Shown one piece after another: positions 1-11,670 of a stretch of DNA of 64,000 nucleotides. Position 1 is the stretch's first letter; each line of letters opens with the position of its first letter. The notes under the pieces are model-generated. The model ran no database searches. It was given only the letters and a program-made list of their open reading frames with translations, and had not been told where the DNA came from. The position numbers and the translations under genes were made by a program. The stretch is from Vicugna vicugna (lineage: Eukaryota): assembly GCA_013265495.1 (NCBI GenBank), contig MU058037.1:807498-871497 (forward strand). The letters are read 5' to 3'.

Positions 1-1440
1 TTATCATTATATAATGACCTTCTTTGTCTCTTTTTACCATTTTTAATTTAAATTCTATTTTGTCTGATATAAGTATAGATACTCCTACTTTTTATTTGGA
101 TACCACTTACTTCAAATACCTTTTTCCATCTCTTCACTCTCAGTCTACGTGTCTTCAAAGCTAAAGTGAGTTTCTTGTAGGCAGCATTTCTTTGTATCTT
201 GTTTTTTTGTGTGTTTGGTTTTTTATCCATTTAGCCATTTTACGGCTCTTGATCAGAGAATACAATCCATTTTTGTTTAATTATTGATAAATAAGGATTA
301 TTGTTGTTTTCTGATTACTTTTTAGATCCATTGTTCCTTGCTTCATATCCCACTAACTCTTGTGTTTTGATATATTGAGGCAACTATTCAAGCTCTGAGG
401 TGAGTTAAGAGGTTGCCACTGGCTGAGAACAGCTAGGTAGGACTGATAGCTTGGTTCCCTCCCTAAATAAGGCTGTAGGATGGGCTCCACTGTTGGATTC
501 TCTGATCAGGCTTACTAGGCATTCAGGACTAGGTACTATACTGAGCAACAGGTGGGACCTTGCATTAGCTTTCCTGTCCAGGCAGGGCAGCAAGATAGGA
601 CTTGCTTAGAGAAGCAGCTCCAAAGCCACTAAGGCTCTTTGTTTGTGGTCTTGATTCCAGCTGACTCATGCCTCAGGTTCCCTGGCCAAACAGGGCCAGT
701 GGCTTTGCTCTGAGGGTGATCAGCTCTGTCCACCTGCTTCTCAGCTTGAGCGTTGTTGGGTTATGCAGCTTCCAGGTGTTCTCACCAGCCCTTTGTGTCG
801 GCAGGTGTGGCTGTGACTCACCTCTTCTGCCTGGGTGTGAACAGACCAGGTTCCAGGGCTGGCAGAACTCCTTTGAGGGCCCAAATCAGGCAGACCTGCA
901 GCCCACTGAGTTCCCTGGTCAGACTGCACCACCAACTTGGTTCTGCAGATGAACAAAGCTACTGACGGGGACTACTACTTGGCTCTGCGGGTAGAAACTT
1001 AGTCTACCAAGATCTGAGTGTAAACCACTCCTCCCTTCCCTGTCATGATGAGATTCCTAGTAGTTGGGTCCTACAGATTCCCCCTCTGATCCCTGTGGGG
1101 CAAAACCAAACTAGGGGTTCCCATGAAGTAACCCACAATGCTGAGGGGGCTGGATTTCACCCCTGGGCTTTTCTCACTGGAGGAGCCAGAGGTTCAAGGG
1201 AGACCTCTCCAGGTGGTGCTGCTCTGGCCTTGGGGGAGGTGCAGTGTGATCAGCATATAGCCACTTCTCTTAACTTTCTAATGCACTCTGCCTTGGTTTC
1301 TGGGGTGCAGGGGTGCTTCAGCCTCACTCCCACATTCTAGGATTCTCTCTGTGTTATCCATGAATAGTTGTTAGTTGTTGTTCTTGGGAGGGGAGCTAAG
1401 TCAGGAGTGACCTGTCACCATCTTGGTGGTGTCACTCTCT
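1..1440 (-). mobile_element. Old LINE-1 5' portion: start of ORF2 (EN domain, about 1-370) joined directly to a 5' UTR (about 375-1440), with ORF1 missing
   Basis: Bases 1-230 resemble the antisense EN region of the young L1 at 30410-30640; ORF 48..230 reads 'RLRVKRWKKVF'. The element ends at CACCATCTTGGTGGTGTCACTCTCT, whose reverse complement is an L1-type 5' end with an AAGATGG YY1 core. Confidence 0.75.
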
Positions 1441-1838
1441 GAAGTATTTTTCTTAAAAAGATACTTTTTAAAAGAGAACTAAAAATAATTTCCTAGGTTT
1501 GACCCCCGAGTCTGAACAATACTTCTTGAACAAAACTAAACATAAAGCAGTTCACTTAAAGGTACTGAAAAAAAGTCATGGGGTCTCTAAGTTCAGAATA
1601 GCTTACATTTTGCTGTAAAGGAAATACTGATTTTCTGTATTTCCAACCATGACCTTGCCTTTGTGGTAACCATGGAAACTGCCTAAGTTGTGAGGCCTTG
1701 GTAAAGCCAACATGGCAGATTCATACTAAATTAGCTGGAGTAAATGACAAGGGGGGTGTAATCAGCATAACTGTTTATGTCCCTTGACTATCTAGTAGTT
1801 AGTGATCTCTGAGGCATTTCTTAACATCTTCCTCTGAT

Positions 1839-2005
1839 CCAGGAGTCCTCAAGCTTGGCTGCATGTTAGAATCTCATGAAAACTTTTAAAAATGCCAAGG
1901 GCCCATCTGTAGAGATACTGCTTTAATGTAGGTGAAACGTAGGCATCAGTATTTTTAAAAATCCCCAGATGATTCTAATGTGTAGCTGGGGTTGAGAACC
2001 ATTGT
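1839..2005. mobile_element. MER5-like hAT-Charlie MITE (MER5B-like)
   Basis: Contains CTCAAGCTTGGCTGCATGTTAGAATC and GATGATTCTAATGTGTAGCTGGGGTTGAGAACCATTG, which match recalled MER5 ends. Confidence 0.75.
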
Positions 2006-2304
2006 TCTAAACAAATATATACCTCTTCATTTGAGATATGCTAAGTAGAGATAAGGTGCCCAGAGGTAATTGTAACATCCCCTGAACTGGTTAATCAGTA
2101 CAGTTGCATCACATAACCTAAGAATGTGTGAAATAGATACCATATAGTGAAAGTCAGAGGGGCATTAGGAAGAATAGGACTAGTAGGAAACATACCAAAC
2201 TGAAGGTAGGTTGAATCCATGCGTTGGAAACACACCGGTGGAGGCAGTTTGCTGTTCTTGAAGGAGAATTATACAGGGACTCAAGCACAAATACTTACAT
2301 AAAC

Positions 2305-2415
2305 ATGGACCAGTCATTATCCTTATCTGGACCTCATTCACCTCATCTACAAAATAAGAGGACTTAATTCATTGATTTCCAATTCCCTTTGTCTTCTAAA
2401 ATTTTGTGGTTTCTA
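2305..2415 (+). mobile_element. MIR/MIR3 SINE fragment
   Basis: CCTCATTCACCTCATCTACAAAATAAG resembles the MIR core CCTCAGTTTCCTCATCTGTAAAATG. Confidence 0.55.
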
Positions 2416-2427
2416 AAATACAGAAGG

Positions 2428-2560
2428 ATTAAAACATGCTGTGCCAGGGCCCCTCCTCAAACCAGTTAAATCAGAAAGAACTTCCAGGAGTGGAGTGTGG
2501 ATGTCAGTATTTTTTAAGTGCTCCCAAGGAATTCTAATATTCAGTCAGCATTGGTAGCAG
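2428..2560. mobile_element. MER5-like fragment
   Basis: Contains TTAAATCAGAA, CAGTATTTTTTAAGTGCTCCCAAGGAATTCTAAT and is similar to 1839-2005. Confidence 0.6.
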
Positions 2561-3297
2561 TTAGACTTGAAGAACATGCTACAGTGCAGTTTTATGTGGA
2601 ATGAGAAAAAGGACAGAATAAAGTCTTTGAAGTTGAAAAAAACGGGGTAAAAATCACTAACACTTTTATAGGTTAATTAAAAACTCATAGTACCTTTTCC
2701 ACCTATTACTGATTTTTTCACTTTTACCACAGTCTTAGATCATGGTTCAGCATCTGTTTTCTCTCTTCTCTTTTGAACCTGTCTTACTGAGACATTTCAT
2801 TACCAATGAATATTTCATTTGAAAAATTGAGAAAGTGATCAAAAGCAGTATTACTTGGGAAATGGAATTTACAAGATCTATTGCTAAGAGAGATGTCACT
2901 GAAATTGTAATGGAATATATTTTATTTTAATTTTTACAGCTGTGAGGATGTGTGCTTTCAGTAAGTGTATATTAAAGGCAATTCACTGTAAAACTGTCAG
3001 CATCTGTAAAAAAAAAAAAAAGAGAGAGAGAAAGAGAAGACACAAGAAAACAGACTAAATTTAGTTAGAGAGAGGCTAAAGGCATCTGTTTTATTATATA
3101 AAGTTGTTGGGAGCATGGTAGCTTAGCCCAACAAAAAATTGGGCAAATGGCCAGTATCTGATGGGCAAAAAAAAAAAAATCTTTTCCAGAGGCAGTACAT
3201 TCACCCCCAACATCTTCAAGTCTTGGCCATTCTTCCCATTGTCTTAGAAGCAGTAAGAGTTTACTCCCAGAAATTACACCTCTTACAAGTCCTATCT

Positions 3298-3495
3298 GGA
3301 GCTGTGATGCCCCAAACAGTAGCTACTAGCCACATGTGCCTATATAAATTTAAAATTAAATTAACTAAAATTCAAAATTTAGTTCTTTTGTCCCACTGGC
3401 CACATTTCACATGCTTGATAACTATATGTGGGTGTTGGCTACCATACTGGATAGCAAAGAATATTTCCATCATCACAGAAAGTACTGGACAGGGT
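3298..3495. mobile_element. MER3 hAT-Charlie MITE
   Basis: GTAGCTACTAGCCACATGTG, GCCACATTTCA and GGCTACCATACTGGATAGC...TTTCCATCATCACAGAAAG are typical MER3 motifs; length is about 200 bp. Confidence 0.8.
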
Positions 3496-3774
3496 CTCAC
3501 AGGAGTCTTAGCAGTGTTAAAGTTAAACTTACTTGCTAACCAAAGGTAATTTCCTGTTCTTTCGGAGCCCTATAGTACATAAAGTCTATGGGTCTCAGTG
3601 TTCTCCTCTGACAAATGGATATGAAAATAATGCTTGACTCCAAAGGAAAGGTTATACAATTATGTTTCAGTATCCTAAGGAGCATAATTCTAAATAAAAA
3701 TCCTTACACATGAAAAACAACTATGTTAGAACTCATAATTGGAGGGGAAACTAAGGTGTAGTAATAGAAGGCTT

Positions 3775-3980
3775 ACCAGTATTTCTCAAAATATACTTTA
3801 TGTACCACTTGCTTTGGACTCCCCCCTCTCCTCTCCAGCCCCACTATTGTTTATTAAACATACAGATTTCTGTGCCTTATCCCAGAGTTAGTGAATCAGA
3901 ATATTTGAATGGAACCCATGACTGGGCATTTTAACAAATCCGCTGATGATGCTTATGCATACATACTATTTGAAAAAATG
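3775..3980. mobile_element. MER5A-like fragment
   Basis: Contains CAGTATTTCTCAAA, AAACATACAGATTTCTGTGCCTTATCCCAGAG, GAATCAGAAT and GCATTTTAACAA. Confidence 0.6.
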
Positions 3981-6697
3981 CCTTTTTGGGGAAAAAAAAT
4001 CATTTCTAATCCTCCCCAGCATCCCCCACTTTGTGTTTACATTTTAATGTGACTGATTTAATTTATCACTCCTTTTGGTCATTAGGTTATTTGCAAACCT
4101 GTTCACAAAGTCAGAGTTCTCTCCAACAGCGAGGTTACACTCATGATCCTGTAGAGAGTTAAATGGCAGTGTATTCCACACTCACTCCCGTGACTGGGCA
4201 GTACCAGTGACTTTTAGTAATTTTATTTTGCATATCTTGCATAAATTGCTCATTTGGGGCTAGCCAAATGATCACCTAGGAAATATTTCGCAGTTTCTGA
4301 AAGAAGCTGTTTCAATTGCAAACAGCAGGAAAACACAGCCATTAAAAGAGAAAGAATGCCTGTGTTTTTACAACAAAATAATTAGAAGCCATTACTGGCG
4401 CTGTTTAGATTTCAGTACCCCATCTATCTTACTTTCAATTAGAAACAGTGTGCCCAGATAGGAAGAGTCTGGCTAAACATGAGTGCATTTTGACTGTACT
4501 GTTTTGATAAAGTGTGACCCCACTGATAACATAGTCCATGCAATATTCTTTAAGTACAACTTGGTTGGCTGATACAAATTTTTGAGGTAAAGAGCTGGGT
4601 ACCAATTTCATGAATTTATATCCATTTATCCATCATGGTATTAGAATCTCAAAGATGAACTATTTAGTTTAAGCTCTACTTCTACCCAATGTCTGGATCA
4701 TTGCACAGCTTTCCCAGTACATGATAGTCCACCCTCCATTACAGCACTTTCAAAAAGGAGATCATCATTTCTTTGAAAGGAAGCCATTCCCACTCTGGGA
4801 CAGCACTGACTCATACACACTTCCTGTATCTTTTATCATGTGGCTCTAGTCCTGCCCTCTTGGACCACAAGGAGTAAACCTAATATCTCTTTACATGACA
4901 GCTTTCCCAAGACTGGAAAATTACTAGGGCATTTCCCCTTGTCATCACCATTGTGTATTCAGAAATACTTTCTTTTAACTAACATATTCTGGCTTTCAGC
5001 TTGTGGTGATGAAAATAGAACAAATCATTATAAATTTCTTCTACTTCAAAACACTTGCCCATATTATTATTCTTAATTTAGACAATGAAAGGTTGACAAT
5101 TCATAGTTGGTAATTCAAGGAGACTTAACCTGTAGCAAAGATTATCTTGACTAAAGAGGGTTTTTAAGAAAATATATCCATTTCGTCTAATGTTCAGTGG
5201 TCTATCGAATCTCTTTGCTAAAAGCTCAAAGTTTATTCAGTAATTCAGCTTATTTATTAAATGTCCGATTGCTACATGGAGGGACACAATCATGAGTAAG
5301 AAGCTTAAGATCTAGAAAAACATTTAGATACCTGTTATAATACAAATCTTAAGCACTGCCCTTTCATGAGTGCTCATTTAAAAGTGGCGCCACAGGCAGT
5401 GGTGGGGTAGAGCTTGGGGGTTCGAAGCAACAGAAAGGGCACTAATCTAGTTTCAGAGAGGTAAAATCTAATTTTGTAAGTCCAGCTCTGCCTTGTAAAT
5501 ATATCAAATGGCCTTCACCCAGTCACTGAGCCTGATTCGGCTGCCATTTTCAATGTTGCACCAACCTCATCAATTTGCATGCATTTTGTTGTAATCAGTT
5601 GAGAAGATGCTTGTATTTCTGTTAAAGAGAAGGAATAAATACAGATATAATAATAATCTGTATTTGCTGTATTTACACTTTACAAAGTTGCTTCTCAAAC
5701 ATTATATATATCCTTAAATATTTTCAAAGATTTGTGAACCCTTACTTCACTTGGGAGGGAAAGAAATGGCAGCTGAGATGGGATAGGCAGTCAATTTGAA
5801 AATTATTACAGTGATTTTTCATCATTATTTTCTGTGTAACCATTCCAGGTTGTTTTGTTAATGTCTGATGATGGTTTTTTTGGTTGTTGTTTTGTTTTGT
5901 TTTGTTTTGTTTTTGCCCAAAGTCAAGTCTGCTGTCTGCTGTCTACTTTGTAGATGCTAAAGCTAATTTAGTAGATTATGATAGCTCCTTCTCTTTAAAA
6001 GCCTAAGTTTTTTTTTTCACGGTAGATAAGCTTTTGCCAATTTCCAACCTTTGCCACACTGATCAAGTACCTGACTTTATTGCTTGACAGCAGGGAGCTT
6101 GTTTCCTCCAACCATTTTAAAAGTAGCTGCTGAAACATGAATATCAGAAGGAAAGTAAAGAGACCTCTTGAATCAGTAGCTTGATCCCTTTCTGTTCTAG
6201 TTCTCTTTTCCCAGATACATACTTCGTAATGTTTTGTTAGTTGAGTTTTAAGTGTCTCAAGAGGTGGTGAATCTGGCACTTCTTGGCAGCATATTTCACA
6301 GTCTAATAATCTTAATAGCTTTAATAGCCGTGGAATGTGTTTAATCCAGTCTTATTTGTTTCTATAGGTTAAAATTTCCCAAGGGCCTCTTGTCACCCTA
6401 GCAATTGGAATTTTTCAATGGTCTCAAGACTTTTTTTATTGCTTAAACTTTTACCTTTTATTTTTAGTGCCAAAAAAAAGGTTTGGAATGAGCTTTTTAG
6501 TTTGTCCTACAAAGGCCTTCCATGGTCACAACCAGGATCACTTGCAGCGTTCTTTTCTCAGCTTAATCCTACAGCTTTCTTCTTTTGTCCCCTCCCATCA
6601 AATTAAGTTAGTTCTCTATATCCTTATTTAGGTAGCAGTAATTAAAGTAGTGCCTGTAATTTACTCTGTGTTTACTACAAATCAGGTGGTGGGCTAC

Positions 6698-6900
6698 ATT
6701 ACGAGACTTCCTCGTCTCGGCACAGCTGACTTCACGGGTTGGATTAATTCCTTATTGTAGGGGACTGTCCACTATAAGATGGTGAACAGTATCCCTGGCT
6801 CCTATCTGCTAGATGTTGCCAGTAGCACCCCCAAGTTGTAACAACCAAAACTGTCCCCAGATGTTCCCTGGGGAGCAAAATTGCTCCTGAGAACCAGTGA
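6698..6900. mobile_element. MER20 hAT-Charlie MITE
   Basis: ATCCCTGGCTCCTATCTGCTAGATGTTGCCAGTAGCACCCCCAAGTTGTAACAACCAAAA and GCAAAATTGCTCCTGAGAACCAGTG are diagnostic of MER20. Confidence 0.85.
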
Positions 6901-7080
6901 CTTACATGATCTCTTACAAAATCCTTGTAAAACAAATGTTATTATCACAATTTTATAGCTGAAGAAAGTAAGATTAAAGGAGGATAAAAAAATTTTATCT
7001 AGAGTCATACGGTGAGCAAATGGAGAAGCCAAGATTCGAGCCCCTCTTCTGACTTCAAAGCTGATGATTTTCCTCCTGTC
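6901..7080 (-). mobile_element. MIR SINE
   Basis: ATTATCACAATTTTATAGCTGAAGAAAGTAAG and GGAGAAGCCAAGATTCGAGCCC match the antisense MIR core. Confidence 0.6.
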
Positions 7081-7777
7081 AGTACAAACTTACTTCAGTA
7101 GTATGTTCATAAAGTTAGTTTTGCTGAAATACTTTTATCACATTTGAGTTGAGTGGCATTTATTCTTCTTCACATTTCTTCAGTTTTTCTTCTTATTTAT
7201 TTTTCTATTTCATCTGAACTTTTAAATCTCCTACCTTAGAGGGAAATAATTCCCTCTACTGCTGTGTGAGGATCTTTTTTTTGTATTGTTATTAATCAGT
7301 ACTTTATCACTGTCTTTTCTGAAGCTAGGATGACTTACCTGAACTATCAAGAGCTCATTTTGTTTTAATTTTGACTTCTAAAGAATGTGGGATCCCTCCC
7401 CGCTTGCCTAGTCCACAAATTTCATTAGTCCTTCCTCTATTACATCAATAAAATATTTGCTATTCTGGATGGCATACTCCATTACATGTCTCTTCCCAAA
7501 ATAGCTTTCTATTGGATTTTTGACAGTTTACAATGCATTGATCCCACCTAATTCATAGCATCCCAGTTTTCCATAAAGATGGGATCAGGTGCTGAGGAAA
7601 AGCAGAAGAAAAGGATAATGAACAGGTAAGCAGTGTGACAGTAGCAGCAGCAGCAGTCACAGGAAAAGGCTGTATTCCTTCATCTCCTAGAGGCATATGC
7701 CTTAGGAAAATTATCTAAACACTACAAAATGCAGTTTGAACTCAGTCTTACTCAACACAAATGAAGACTATGAAATA

Positions 7778-8099
7778 TAGTTGACCCTTGAACAACACAA
7801 GAATTATGGATGCCAACTCCCCGCACAGTCAAAAATCCCTGTGCTGTGACCTCTGCCTCAAAAACAAAGGGATTGATAAATGACTCACCCAAGGGCAGGA
7901 AACTGAAACAGTTCGGGTAGGATCCTGACTCCAGCTCTAGTTCTTTGGATCCCACATATTGTGATCTCTAATTGAACACAAACTTACCCACACACTTAGT
8001 TAATTTAAAGATCTGTAATATGAAATTATTTTTATTTTAAAAAATCTGCGTATAAGTGGACCTGCGCAGCTCAAACCTGTGTTGTTCAGGGGTCAACTG
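7778..8099. mobile_element. Tigger2-family (TcMar) non-autonomous DNA transposon
   Basis: TIRs TAGTTGACCCTTGAACAACAC and GTGTTGTTCAGGGGTCAACTG are flanked by TA. The subterminal motif AAAATCTGCGTATAAGTGGACCTGCGCAG is present. Confidence 0.85.
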
Positions 8100-8127
8100 T
8101 ATATGATTTATACCTAGGCTTCAGATC

Positions 8128-9860
8128 CTTTTTTTTTTTAATATATATATCTTTATTGAAGTATAGTCAGTTTATAATGTTGTGTCAATTTCTGGTGTAC
8201 AGCATAATGCTTCAGTCATACATGAACATACATATATTCGTTTTCATATCCTTTTTCACCATAAGTTACTACAAGATATTGTGAGTATAGTTCCCTGTGC
8301 TATACAGTATGAACTTGTTTATTTTATATATATTAGTTAATATCTGCAAATCTCGAACTCCCAATTTATCCCTTACCACCCCTTTCCTGCCCTAGTAACC
8401 ATAAGTTTGTTTTCTATGTCTAGGAGTCTGTTTCTGTTTAGTAAATAAGTTCACTTGGCTTTATTTGTTTAGATTCCACATATAAGTGATATTGTATGGT
8501 ATTTTTCTTTCTCTTTCTGGCTTACTTAGAATGACGATCTCCAGGTCCATCCATGTTGCTGCAAATGGCATTATTTTGTTCTTTTTTATGGCTGAGTAGT
8601 AGTCCATTGTCTAAATATTCCACAACTTCTTTAACCAGTCATCTGTCCATGGACATGTAGGCTGCTTCCATGTCTTGGCTGTTGTAATTAGTGCTGCTAT
8701 GAACATTGGGGTGCATGTGTCTTTTTGAATTAAGGTTCCCTCTGGATATATGCCCAGGAGTGGGATTGCTAGATCATGTGGTAGGTCTATTTTCAGTCTT
8801 CTGAGAAATGTCCATACTGTATTCCATAATGGCTGCAGCAAACTGCATTCCCACCATCAGTGTACAAGGGTTCCCTTTTCTCCACAGCCTCTCCAGTATT
8901 TATCATTTGTGGACTTCTGAATGATGGCCATTCTGACTGGTGTGAGGTGATACCTCATTGTAGTTTTGATTTGCATTTCTCTAATAATTAGCAATATTGA
9001 GCATTTTTTCACGTGCCTATTGACTACTTGTATGTCTTCCTTGGAGAATTGTTTGTTTAGGTCTTATGCCCATTTTTGGATTGGGTTGTTTGTTTTTTTC
9101 TTATTAAGTTTCATGAGCTGTTTATATATTCTGGAAATTAAGCCTTTGTCAGTCTCATCTTTTGCAAATATTTTCTCCCATTCTATAGGTTGTCGTTTTG
9201 TTTTGCTTATGGTTTCCTTTGCTGTGCAGAAGCTTGTAAGTTTCATTAGGTCCTGCTTGTTTATTTTTGCTTTATTTCTGTTGCCTGGGTAGATTGCCCT
9301 AGGAGACCACTGTGAGATTTATGTCAGATAATGTTTTGCCTGTTTTCTTCTAAAAGGTTTACAGTGTCTTGTGTTATGTTTAAGTCTTTAAGCCATTTTG
9401 AGTTTATTTTTGTGTATTGTGTGAGGGAGTATTCTAACTTCATGGATTTATATGCAGCTGTCCAGTTTTCCCAAGAACATTTGCTGAAGATACTGTCGTT
9501 ACTCCATTGTATGTTCTTGCCTCCTTTGCCAAAAATTAATTGACCAGAAGTTTGTGGGTTTATTTCTGAGTGCTCTGTTCTGTTCCATTGATCCTTATGT
9601 CTGTTTTTGTGCCAATACCATGCTGTTTTGATTAATGTAGCTCTGTAGTATTGTCTAAAGTGTAGGAGGGTTATTCCTCCAGCTTCATTCTTTTTCTTGA
9701 GTATTGCTCTGGCAATTCTGTGTCTTTTGTAATTCCATATAAATTTTAGGATTATTTGTTCTAGCTCTGTGAAGAATATCCTGAGTAATTTGATAGGGAT
9801 CACATTAATCTGTAGATTGCTTTGGGTGGTATGGGCCATTTTAACAATATTAATTCTTGA
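8128..9860 (-). mobile_element. 5'-truncated LINE-1 (lineage-specific family): 3' part of ORF2, 3' UTR and poly(A)
   Basis: Poly(T) at 8128. Broken ORFs 9324..9839, 9064..9246 and 8611..8841 match the ORF2 C-terminus ([25 protein letters not shown]). Confidence 0.95.
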
Positions 9861-11207
9861 AATCCTTGTTTATACTTACTAGCTTCAGTGAGAAACCTGA
9901 TTTAGATTTTAAGAGTTCAGCAATGGGTCAAATGGTTTCAGAGGAAAAGAAGGACAAAATTCAATGTTAGTCCATCTTTTAAAATGTAGCCTAACAGACT
10001 TCACAGAAAACACTAAGCTGACAGAAAAAAAAAATAGATTCTCATTTTTCCCCTCTGGTGACTCTAATCACTCTGTCTTGAGGTCAACACTGCAGATGTA
10101 ACAGAATGAAAGTCACAGGTTTTAGAGAATGCCAAATAAGCCAAAGAACAAAACTACAACTGGACTGTAAAGTACTAAGGGACATCTGCTGGATTAATAA
10201 GGTTTTTTTTTTAGGGGTGACCAAAATAATGCATTTGTAAGATGTTTGGGTAAATTGAGTGTGACACCACAAGTCTCATATGGAACAAAGTTCATTCAAA
10301 TACTGGTGGTCTATGTATGTGGCATATGTTTCATAAACACATTTCTCTGACCAGCTGCAAACTATTTAATAACTGGATTACTGATCAAATATTTTGTAAA
10401 TAACCTGTGAGTTGATTGAATTCCATCTGTTTCCTTTTCCTGGTTTGCATGTGTAGGCGCATGAAAGTAACTTAAAACAACTGAATAGCAAGTGCTAAAA
10501 TGACACATTTCCTTTTGGCATCCAGATTGCCAGGACAGAATTTAGGGAATGAGAGAGGTAGGTTGATTTTGCACCCTTAAAGGTTTCTGTTTACTACTTT
10601 ACTATGCTTATCAACAGAACACATGTTTGTTTAAAAGACTCAGGAGGGTTAAGGAAAGAGCCTTGTAAACATTATGTAATGATATGAAAGCCCAGTATTG
10701 AAAATGTCATGACAGACATCTAGTAGAAACTGGGAAAAGAATGATCATTTCCCAAATAGTTAAATGTATGTGAAGTTGGGGGTGAAATACTAAATATTCT
10801 GGTTTTAAATTCAAGGTTTGCACATTTTTAACTGAAAGAAGTCATGGAGATAATGATTTGAGCTATGTTTAGTATCCAATGAACTAATCATTTTCTTATT
10901 AGTAAGTATCTCAGTCAACTTCCAGAATTCCCTTTGACTATATCAAAATATCCCAAGCAAGATGAGATGCTAACAAGTGAGTTTTTAGAATTCAGATTGG
11001 TTTAACAGATGTCACAAGTATCTGTGAATATTTAGGCATCAGAGACATGATAATGCTATGTGTTGATTCACTGTTACCAAAATTCTCATATTCTATGGGG
11101 GCTCCTTTTTGGGTTATGATTGAGGAAGATAAGGACATAAATAAAATCAGAGGTGAGTTATTTGGATCAATACAAATTGGACTATCTCTGTACCTCTATC
11201 ATAGCAA

Positions 11208-11670
11208 ATATCGTCTTGGGTTGAGTTCTCCCAAAAGCAAGCCCTGAGACAGGGATTTAAGCACTGATACTTTATGTGGAAGATGGTTCCAGCAGTGACT
11301 GAGAGGGCAAGGAGGAGCCAGAATAGGCAAGGGAAGGAAGCCAGTACAGGCTGCATGATGAACAGGTTCCCACTGAGAGCAAATGGAACAGTCCCAACAC
11401 TGGAAACTTCCAGGAGACAGTGGAGGAGATGCCTCTGAGCTGACCCACCCAAGTGCCAAGGAGGCTAATGGTATATATCTGTCAATTCTGGCTGTCCTTT
11501 ATGGACGACTGCCCGCAGAGGCAGAAGTCACCGGAGGTGGCCTGTCCTATGCGCAGCTTGAACAAGCTCCTGGGGTTGGAGACTGCCCTCTGGCAGAGAC
11601 ACACAGAAGCTTGTAGTAAGATGCCCTTGGCCCTTGAGTGGGACACAGACAGCATCTGTGATGGCACTAG
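11208..11670. mobile_element. ERVL-type solo LTR (LTR16-like)
   Basis: GTCTTGGGTTGAGTTCTCCCAAAAGCAAGCCCTGAGACAGGGATTT is a recalled LTR16-type terminus. It is homologous to 59408-59865 in this window. Confidence 0.65.

Noticed and set aside
5384..5404. CTCF-like motif GTGGCGCCACAGGCAGTGG
   Set aside because: The spacing does not fit the CTCF core consensus.
8120..9872. TSD for the 8.1-9.9 kb L1 (ATCCTT on both sides)
   Set aside because: The match is short and overlaps L1-derived sequence, so it cannot be called confidently.
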